From Candidatus Methylacidiphilales bacterium (GTDB lineage Bacteria > Verrucomicrobiota > Verrucomicrobiia > Methylacidiphilales > UBA1321): DNA of 64,000 bases. The notes under the pieces were generated by a model that did no database searches, had not been told where the DNA came from, and saw only the letters and a list, made by a program, of their open reading frames with translations. The stretch covers positions 12,282 through 76,281 of the forward strand of contig JBGGNE010000021.1 of assembly GCA_041287705.1 (NCBI GenBank), given 5' to 3'. The translations under genes and the position numbers were made by a program. Shown here in pieces: positions 57,368 to 64,000 of this stretch; the first letter of the stretch is position 1; each line of letters starts with the position of its first letter.

Positions 57368-57727
57368 TTAGTCTTCGAGCACATCCACCACGGCTTCGCG
57401 CAGGGACTCTTCGTTAAAGGGTTTCAGTAGAAAACCATTGGCGCCTCGCTTCAGGGCTTCAACCGCCATGGAGCGATCGGATAGCGCGGAGATGACCAGG
57501 ATACGGGAGGTGGTATTGACGCGGCGGATCGCTTCCACGCATGTCAGGCCGTCCATCTCGGGCATCGTGATGTCCATGGTAATAAGGTCCGGCGCGAATT
57601 CGTTCAGGGTTCGCAGGGCCGCCTTGCCGGTGTTGGCGGTGCGGATTTCCTTGATCTGGAACGACTCCGCGTGGCGCTCAATAGCGCGGCGGATGAAGTT
57701 GGAGTCATCAACAATGAGAAGTTTCAC
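57368..57727 (-). CDS. cheY: Single-domain CheY-like response regulator
   Basis: MKLLIVDDSNFIRR...DLITMDITMPEMDG...VISAL...FLLKPF. 119 aa with a GTG start. Confidence 0.9.
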   Translation of the reverse strand: MKLLIVDDSNFIRRAIERHAESFQIKEIRTANTGKAALRTLNEFAPDLITMDITMPEMDGLTCVEAIRRVNTTSRILVISALSDRSMAVEALKRGANGFLLKPFNEESLREAVVDVLED

Positions 57728-57887
57728 AGGAGGATGGTGATGGGAATAATGAAATTATTTTGGGAGGCAGAATCGGGCCGGAACAGGCGCCGTTTGTGAT
57801 CGACCCGCCCCGGGTACAGCGGGCAGGCCTGCGATGACAGGGAGCAGCGTGGCTCGGGCGTCACGCTGCGGTAGAGAGCTTGGTTCG

Positions 57888-60224
57888 TCAGTTATTGAGT
57901 GCTTCGGCTGCAACACGGGAAGCGCCAGCCAGGGAATCGGCACCCATCTTGAAGTAGTATTCGCAGTTCTGGCGCGGTTCCGAGCAAACCGCGATTTCGC
58001 CGCCGCATTTCTCCACGATAGCGGTATAGACGAAGTCCATGCCAACCCCGCGTCCGGCGTCCACCGTTACGTCCTCCGCAGTGCTGAATCCAGGCTGGAA
58101 GATGAGGCCGGCCAGATCGTCCGGGCCATACTTGGGAGCATCGGCTTCAGAGACAAGCTCCAGATCGACAGCCCGCTTCAGAATCTTCTCGTAGTCCAGG
58201 CCGCGGCCATTATCGTGGAAGTGAATGCCGGCCACGCCGCCATCGTCGTTGTAACACAGCGCCAGAGTGATCGTGCCGAACTTTTCCTTGCCGTTCTTAA
58301 CACGTTCGTCGGGCGCTTCGATGCCGTGTGTTACCGCATTGCGCACCAGTTGAATCAGCACGTCCTTAAGCAGATTGTGGATCTCTGCGCTAAAGGCGTT
58401 GATATCGAAGTCCGCAGTCTCCAGCCGCACCTGTTTGCCCTGACGGGAAGCGATGGTATTGACCAGCTTGCCCAGACCGGTGATCAGCTCGTCACCCGCG
58501 GGAATGACATCTTTCTTCTCACCAGATTTTCCGTTTCCGTTGCTGTTGCCATTAGAGGTACTGGATTTCCCCTTACCTTTGCTCTTTGAATCGTCTGCAT
58601 CATCGCGAATGCTCAATTCGGCACCGCCGCGGAGATTACCCAGGCTCAGGGACTGACCGCGGATACCTACGAGACGCTGGCTGATGTCCTGAAGTTCGGC
58701 CAGATCGTTGCGAAGATCAGACTGGCAGATGACCAGGGAGAGGAAGTCGTCACCCGTAAGTGCGGGGCGATTGCGCAGCAGATGGATCTTCTCTTCAAAT
58801 TCACCCACTACACGCTCAAAATAGGAGAGCTGCAGGTAGGACGCACGGCCTTTCACGTTGTGCACGTGGCGGAACACTGTATCCAGGCACTTGCGAAGGT
58901 GATCGCTCTTGGCGCCACCGGCGCTGGCCGCTGCAAAGTCCTCCGCCTTCAGCACACTGTTCAGAGAGGCGAGCTCCTGGTTGGTCGTATCGATAAACTC
59001 GCGGACCTGAGCGGGCTCGACATGCAGGATACCCAGCAGAAGGTCGAACTGGCGTTCCTTGCGCTTTTCCGATGCGCGCAGTTCTTGTTCCAGTTGAACG
59101 CGTTGTGTAACGTCGTTCACCGTCACCAGCACCTGTTCAATTTCACCTTTACGCACAATGCGGCGGAAGGAGAAACCGAGATAGCGGGTAATGAAGCCAC
59201 CTTCCGGCTTGGAGAAGTTTACTTCCAGCTCCTCCAGCGGATTGACCTTCAGCACCTGGCGTTCCTTGAGCGCTCTATTAAAAAGCAGGTCGAAGTAATC
59301 GCGGGTCGTATTGTACATCTTTTCCGTCAGCAGGCGCTGCAGAAGGTTCAGCAGATTCATGCCTGCCAGATTATTGATGCGGAAGATGCCTTCCACTTCT
59401 CGCGAGTACTTGTCACCAATCAGACCCTTGCCGTCGATCAGGATCAGACCTTCGGCCACCGTATCGAGAATGAGCTCCGACTGCTGCTTGGACCGGCTAA
59501 GTTCCGCCGAGGAGGTTTCAAGATCCTGCGTAGTCTTCTGAAGCTGATCTACCGTTGCGCTGAGTGCAGTTGCAGATGCACGCTCACGGTTCAGGTAATA
59601 CATAATCGGAATGGACGAACCTGCCGCAATAGCAAGCAGGAAGCCGAGCACGATGCGCGGCCATTCCAGACTCGCTATACGCTGTTGGTTATATTTGTCT
59701 TCTTCCGACGTCAGAATTTCGGAAGCATCGTCGAAGCGTTTGGCGTTGGCATCAAAGTAGGCGATCGCCTTATCCAGCACGGCCAGATTGACTTTGCCCT
59801 GCTCTGCCACGATCTCCTTAACCATGTAGTCCAGTGGATTCCAGACTTCCTGCACCTCGCGAACGGTGTCGCGTGCCTTGGCAGTTTCGATCGGACGCAG
59901 ACGGGCGGTGTGACCCGTTACCGAAACGATACTATCGCCGCTTACAAAACCCTTAATGAGGGCATTCATACGACCGCGGGATGCTTCCAGCGAATCCAGT
60001 TCAGCGGCAGTAGGCTGAGTACCAGCACGCACTTCTTCGCGCAGCTTGGTAAGCGAGCGATAGACACGCAGCGGAATGATACGTTCGCGCAAAGAATTAT
60101 ACGTAACTTCCTTGGTCACGATACTCTCTTCCGTCAGCGCGTTATTAAGGTAAATAAGCGCGTAGACCATGGAACCCAACACGGTCAGCAGCACCGCGAC
60201 CACGATGACAAATACATTTCGCAT
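57888..60224 (-). CDS. Membrane-bound sensor kinase with CheA-type core: TM - periplasmic domain - TM - coiled coil/PAS - HPt - CheA-like HATPase (no P3, no P5)
   Basis: TM1 is VFVIVVAVLLTVLGSMVYALIYL and TM2 is IVLGFLLAIAAGSSIPIMYYL. PAS-like: ILDTVAEGLILIDGKGLIGDKYS. HPt: FRHVHNVKGRASYLQL. CheA-type ATPase: LIQLVRNAVTHGIE, HDNGRGLD, IFQPGFSTAED, AGRGVGMDFV. The protein ends about 40 aa later. Confidence 0.8.
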   Translation of the reverse strand: MRNVFVIVVAVLLTVLGSMVYALIYLNNALTEESIVTKEVTYNSLRERIIPLRVYRSLTKLREEVRAGTQPTAAELDSLEASRGRMNALIKGFVSGDSIVSVTGHTARLRPIETAKARDTVREVQEVWNPLDYMVKEIVAEQGKVNLAVLDKAIAYFDANAKRFDDASEILTSEEDKYNQQRIASLEWPRIVLGFLLAIAAGSSIPIMYYLNRERASATALSATVDQLQKTTQDLETSSAELSRSKQQSELILDTVAEGLILIDGKGLIGDKYSREVEGIFRINNLAGMNLLNLLQRLLTEKMYNTTRDYFDLLFNRALKERQVLKVNPLEELEVNFSKPEGGFITRYLGFSFRRIVRKGEIEQVLVTVNDVTQRVQLEQELRASEKRKERQFDLLLGILHVEPAQVREFIDTTNQELASLNSVLKAEDFAAASAGGAKSDHLRKCLDTVFRHVHNVKGRASYLQLSYFERVVGEFEEKIHLLRNRPALTGDDFLSLVICQSDLRNDLAELQDISQRLVGIRGQSLSLGNLRGGAELSIRDDADDSKSKGKGKSSTSNGNSNGNGKSGEKKDVIPAGDELITGLGKLVNTIASRQGKQVRLETADFDINAFSAEIHNLLKDVLIQLVRNAVTHGIEAPDERVKNGKEKFGTITLALCYNDDGGVAGIHFHDNGRGLDYEKILKRAVDLELVSEADAPKYGPDDLAGLIFQPGFSTAEDVTVDAGRGVGMDFVYTAIVEKCGGEIAVCSEPRQNCEYYFKMGADSLAGASRVAAEALNN

Positions 60225-60333
60225 AGTAATTACCTCAATCGAGTCCTAAGCAGATGTTAAGGGATGTTTGTTCCCCAGACAATCCTTTAATTGAATATTT
60301 AACCAAACCTTACGACTATCAGGAGCCTGATTT

Positions 60334-61035
60334 CTACCAGGCACCTCCCTGTCCAAAACTCATCCCCTCGTCCACGGCTTGGGAGAAATTGAGTAAAAGT
60401 TCCGTTACGCCGACATCCAGATTAGTAGAGGTGACAACCTCTCCCTCATACGAGCGGATCTGGATAGCTTCGGCACGACAAAGATCATAAAACGCATCAA
60501 CGCCCTGGTGGCCTGCGAAATCGGCAAAAACCAGACGCCCGCTCTTCAGCGACAGTGTCCCCTGCCCTTCCGAGGTCATGACCTCCAGGAAGCAGCTTTT
60601 GCGCTCCATCTGCAAAACCTGTACGAAGGTAATGAGAGGGATGCCGCTGAGGATCGAGTCCGGCGTAGCAGTCCACACGTCGGCAACACGATGAAGAAAA
60701 GTATTAAGATCAAGAGGCTTGGAAAGAAAAGTAAACCGGCGGGAATCCAGACCCAGGTTCTGCAGATCATCCGCCACATGGGGATCGCACAGCAAAATGA
60801 AGCGAAGGGCAGATGCGCTGTCTTCCAGGTTTTCCGTTACCAGCTCCAGCGCGTCTCCATCAGCCAGTTCCATATCGCAGATGATAATTCCCGATGCCAT
60901 GCCAGCCATACGCGAACGGATGCCCGCCAGTGTGGCAACGCGGTGCGAAGGCCATGTGGGAAACCGCTTCTCTACGGACTGGTGCAACCAAAAACCCTGC
61001 TCGGGCTCTGAACTGGCTATGAGGATGGATTTCAT
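60334..61035 (-). CDS. Degenerate receiver domain fused to a DUF4388/PATAN-like domain
   Basis: The REC-like part is ILIASSEPE (acidic pair missing), IIICDMELADGD (phospho-Asp position present) and FLSKPLD (conserved Lys). The C-terminal LSGIPLITFVQVLQMERKSCFLEVMTSEGQGTLSLKSGRLVFADFAGHQGVDAFYDL matches the DUF4388 pattern. Confidence 0.6.
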   Translation of the reverse strand: MKSILIASSEPEQGFWLHQSVEKRFPTWPSHRVATLAGIRSRMAGMASGIIICDMELADGDALELVTENLEDSASALRFILLCDPHVADDLQNLGLDSRRFTFLSKPLDLNTFLHRVADVWTATPDSILSGIPLITFVQVLQMERKSCFLEVMTSEGQGTLSLKSGRLVFADFAGHQGVDAFYDLCRAEAIQIRSYEGEVVTSTNLDVGVTELLLNFSQAVDEGMSFGQGGAW

Positions 61036-61695
61036 GGGTTATGGTGTCCTGCAAGCGGAGGCTTCTTACCTGCTGACCCGGCTAATGCGGCGTGGACAAA
61101 TCAGCAGTGGCGGTGGCGGGGGAGATCAGTGGAAATAGGAAGGCCTGGATAGCGATGCGATTAATTTTGGGCTGTTTAATCAGGAGTCGGCAGAATTGTG
61201 ACTCAAGTTTAGACCCTTCTTTCGCGAGAATAGCTACTATCTATGTGCGTTTCTTTCGACAGGTTTTAAAAAAAATGAAGTGTCAAAAAAAATGAAAATG
61301 TAGGCAATTTATTCCCGGAAGAATTTAACCATCGATTGTGATCTTACCGGAAGCGTGCACTGTTGTGCAAGTATTTCGAAAGTTAAACTGGCAACTAAAG
61401 CTGGCCGATCTCCGCGAAAAAAACGTCTTCCAGAGAGTGAAACTACTCCCAGAGACGCAAACCGATCAATTATTGTCTAATATTTATAGTTAGCAGCCAT
61501 CTACTCAAGCGTTATTTTATATTATTGCGGGGCTCATTGCACAAATGGATCATAATTACCTAGCTGAAAAGACCTCCTAAATACGGTCTTTGCGTCATCA
61601 ATACCCATAGTATCTGTGGCTTAGGCCTGTTCTTCCCATTATTTTGGGGAAAAATTCGTGATTAACTTTTTTGCCTGGCTTATGCCGTAACAAAA

Positions 61696-61727
61696 GAAAC
61701 CCGCTCTGCCTTCGCAAAGCGGGTTTT
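61696..61727 (-). terminator. Rho-independent terminator after the BNR-repeat gene
   Basis: The minus strand reads aaacccgct-ttgcgaaggcag-agcgggttt followed by cttttgtt. A smaller hairpin, ccaccgaaacggtgg, lies at 61786-61800. Confidence 0.65.
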
Positions 61728-61806
61728 CGACTACATGTATCAGAAGGCGGCAGCGCGATAGCCGGCGCGTAGCTACATCGTGATTCCACCGTTTCGGTGG
61801 TAATGA

Positions 61807-64000
61807 TTACTGCTTCACTTTGAACATACCCGGGCCGGCAGCCCATAGATCGCCGGTAGTGTCGTTGTAACGCAGCACCAGAGGGCGTACGATGGGACAG
61901 TCACCGGTGATCTCCGTCCAGTTGGCGCCGCCGTCAGTGGTCTTGTAAATGCCACCAATTGCGTTACCGCTCCAGACAACGCTTGTGATCCAGATATTGT
62001 TGGGATCCTTGGGATGCACGGCGAAGCCCATTACCGTCTGGCCATTGTTGAATTTAGTAATGGCCTTCCAGGTGGCACCGTGATCCGTGCTGCGCCAGAG
62101 TTCCTTGCCACAGGCATAGATGGTGCCGTCGCCGCCGACTTCCAGATTGAAGATCCAGGCGTCGTTGCTGAACACGCGTTTCCAGGTCTGGCCGCCGTCA
62201 TCACTGCGATGAACACCGCCGTTGTCGCCACAGGCACCCCAGAAGAGGCGCTTGCTGTCGGTCGGATCAACCGCGAGGCCGTAGTACATGCGACGGCTTG
62301 TCGGCTGACTGGCCAGCTGCTTCCAGCTGTAACCGCCGTTTTCGGACTTAAAGATACCGCCGCCATTCTGACCGGGGGAAACATCGCCGTCGATGCCCAT
62401 GTAGACCACCTTGGGATTAGCGGGATCCACGGCAAGAGCGCGGGCATAACCCTGGCCCCACATGGTATTGGCACGCGGCACGTAAGTGGGGAGGCCAGCC
62501 ATGCTGGGGTTGTACGAATTGCCACCGTCTTCGCTGATCGCCACTTTGTTGGGGCTGTTATCCCAGGGGCTGACCGTTGAGATGATGCGCTCGACCGAGC
62601 TGCCGTCGTCAATAATCGCTATACGCCAGTTGTGGCCGCTGAAATCGGCTTTGTAGCTGATAGGCCACAGCTGCTTCCAGGTTTTGCCATCATCGGGGCT
62701 CATCAGAGTGCCTTCGTCCATGGCGGTGACGTAGGTATTACCCTTGTGGAAACGGATATCGGTGATGCACGAGATATCCGCCCCGCGAACCTTTTCCGTC
62801 CAGGTCTTGCCAAAATCGTCGCTGAGGCATGGACGCCAGTTAGCGCTCTGGTAGATCTGCTTTGGGTTATTAGGATTGATGACAACGTTTGTGGGTGCGC
62901 TCAGCGGAGTCAGACCATCCTTACCTGCCAGCATCAGCGTGGGATCCGCCGTATGGTCGGTCATGACGCTGTTGGAGCCCGTCCAGGTAGTGCCGCCGTC
63001 GTTGCTGTAATAGAAGTAGCCACCCCAGCCGACCACGCCGATGAGGCACATGTCCTTGGGATTGGTAGGGCTGATCGCGATGTCGCGGGCCGTCAGCTTG
63101 GGATTGAGCCCGGCGCTTAGAGCGGTCCATGTCTTGCCCAGATCAGTGGACTTCATAACGCCGTCGGTAAAGAACGTGGCGTAAAGGGTATTGGCATCCA
63201 GGGGATCCCAGGCAACGCTGGACGCCTTGGGGGGAGTCTTGAGCGCCGTCCACGTGGCACCCTTGTCGGTGCTGAGAATCAGGCCGCTGTCGGCCGTGGC
63301 TGCTGCTACCTGAGAGGTGTTCTTCGTGCTGACCGCAACAGTATAGATGGGGCCGCCCACGGGATCGCCAAAGCGGATGTTACCATAGCTGGCCATCGGC
63401 TTCTTCTCGCCCATATCTATCACTTTGACGGCAATGGGCTTATCTGCTGTGCCGGTCTGGCCGTCGGGGGTCTTGGTAACGGCGAAAAAGAACTTGCCGA
63501 ATTTGGCCACAACCGCGTTGTCCGGCAGTGGTCCGGAAACGGCATAGTCGAAACGATTTACCGTCGCCCAGTCCGGAGTCTGAGGAAGGGTCTTGGCCTT
63601 TTCCGGGTCTTTCTTGACGAGATCTGGATCTAGCGCAAAGTCTTCGGCACGAAGGATGATGTCCTGCTTCTCGGTGCCCTTGTAGATTTCCTTGAGATTC
63701 TTGCTGCGATAAGTCAGACCTGTGCTCGTCTTCAACATCAGGAAGGAATCCTGTACCGTGCTGCCATCGCCCTGAAATTCGAAGCCGACACCCACCGTGT
63801 CCGCACCCGTGATACCATCAGGGAACTTGAACGGAGTCCACCAGCCGCCGAAGAAAGCGCCGTTGATCTTGCCGAACTGAACCCGCCACATGCCGGAGGT
63901 ATCCGCAGAGATATCCTTGGTGTAGCTGGGTTTCCAGGTCTGGCCGCCGTCCGTGGTCTTGAAGAGCTTGCCGCCGGGACTGCCGGCATAGACCGTGTTG
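61807..64000 (-). CDS. BNR/Asp-box repeat beta-propeller protein (GH74/sortilin-like), N-terminus off the right edge
   Basis: More than 10 Asp-boxes (S/T-x-D-x-G-x-T/S-W) are present: STDKGATWT, STDLGKTWT, SNDGGTTWT, SDDFGKTWT, SPDDGKTWK, SENGGYSWK, SDDGGQTWK, STDHGATWK, TTDGGANWT. The frame stays open upstream of the track's Met (63891) to the window edge and encodes a further box, KTTDGGQTWK. Confidence 0.8.
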   Translation of the reverse strand, partial: NTVYAGSPGGKLFKTTDGGQTWKPSYTKDISADTSGMWRVQFGKINGAFFGGWWTPFKFPDGITGADTVGVGFEFQGDGSTVQDSFLMLKTSTGLTYRSKNLKEIYKGTEKQDIILRAEDFALDPDLVKKDPEKAKTLPQTPDWATVNRFDYAVSGPLPDNAVVAKFGKFFFAVTKTPDGQTGTADKPIAVKVIDMGEKKPMASYGNIRFGDPVGGPIYTVAVSTKNTSQVAAATADSGLILSTDKGATWTALKTPPKASSVAWDPLDANTLYATFFTDGVMKSTDLGKTWTALSAGLNPKLTARDIAISPTNPKDMCLIGVVGWGGYFYYSNDGGTTWTGSNSVMTDHTADPTLMLAGKDGLTPLSAPTNVVINPNNPKQIYQSANWRPCLSDDFGKTWTEKVRGADISCITDIRFHKGNTYVTAMDEGTLMSPDDGKTWKQLWPISYKADFSGHNWRIAIIDDGSSVERIISTVSPWDNSPNKVAISEDGGNSYNPSMAGLPTYVPRANTMWGQGYARALAVDPANPKVVYMGIDGDVSPGQNGGGIFKSENGGYSWKQLASQPTSRRMYYGLAVDPTDSKRLFWGACGDNGGVHRSDDGGQTWKRVFSNDAWIFNLEVGGDGTIYACGKELWRSTDHGATWKAITKFNNGQTVMGFAVHPKDPNNIWITSVVWSGNAIGGIYKTTDGGANWTEITGDCPIVRPLVLRYNDTTGDLWAAGPGMFKVKQ

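Noticed and set aside
61182-61204. Possible third, degraded copy of the palindromic element (caggagtcggcagaattgtgactc)
   Set aside because: It shares only AGGAGTCG..GCAGAAT with the arm of copy 1 and a short gagtc/gactc palindrome. There is no conserved core and no TWA flanks, so this is chance-level similarity.

Overview
This is a 64-kb chromosomal window from a moderately GC-rich (roughly 55-58%) Gram-negative bacterium. A PVC/Verrucomicrobiota-like origin is only a guess; it rests on the frequent lack of Shine-Dalgarno sequences and the abundance of AraC, BNR and glycoside-hydrolase genes. Most of the window is ordinary core and accessory metabolism. This includes purM, kptA, folC, an HD-type small alarmone-hydrolase-like gene, lysC, dapF-dapA-dapB, gdhA, a UvrD-family helicase and MoxR. 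It also includes three AraC and one LacI regulators next to sugar-utilisation genes (GH2, an MDR dehydrogenase, a TIM-barrel isomerase, an SGNH hydrolase and a BNR/Asp-box propeller protein). A complete cellulose-synthase locus is arranged divergently (bcsZ-bcsC on the minus strand, bcsA-bcsB on the plus strand). Two identical tRNA-Gly(GCC) genes lie in a 319-bp tandem duplication. Four things deserve a second look. (1) A Wsp-type chemosensory half-cluster (CheW with a 4-Cys N-terminus, CheA-REC hybrid, WspF-like CheB) has no receptor or CheR, and a REC-PP2C phosphatase plus an ankyrin protein sit where WspR would be. (2) A second, non-canonical module on the minus strand has a transmembrane PAS sensor fused directly to an HPt + CheA-type ATPase core with no P3 or P5. 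It is flanked by a pseudo-receiver-DUF4388 protein, a CheY, two CheX paralogs and a Pro-rich wHTH protein. (3) Two copies of a ~165-bp palindromic MITE-like element have 3-bp TTA/TAA direct repeats, a ~90% conserved core and diverged but self-complementary arms. One copy is inserted exactly at the stop codon of a hybrid histidine kinase. (4) KptA/Tpt1 lies close to an ADP-ribosylglycohydrolase. No rRNA, CRISPR array, transposase, integrase or recognisable defence system was seen. The genes at both window edges (1..1242 and 61807..64000, both minus strand) run off the window. The first is absent from the supplied ORF track, the second appears there only from an internal Met, and I extended both by hand translation. 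All domain calls come from reading motifs by eye; no database search was run.
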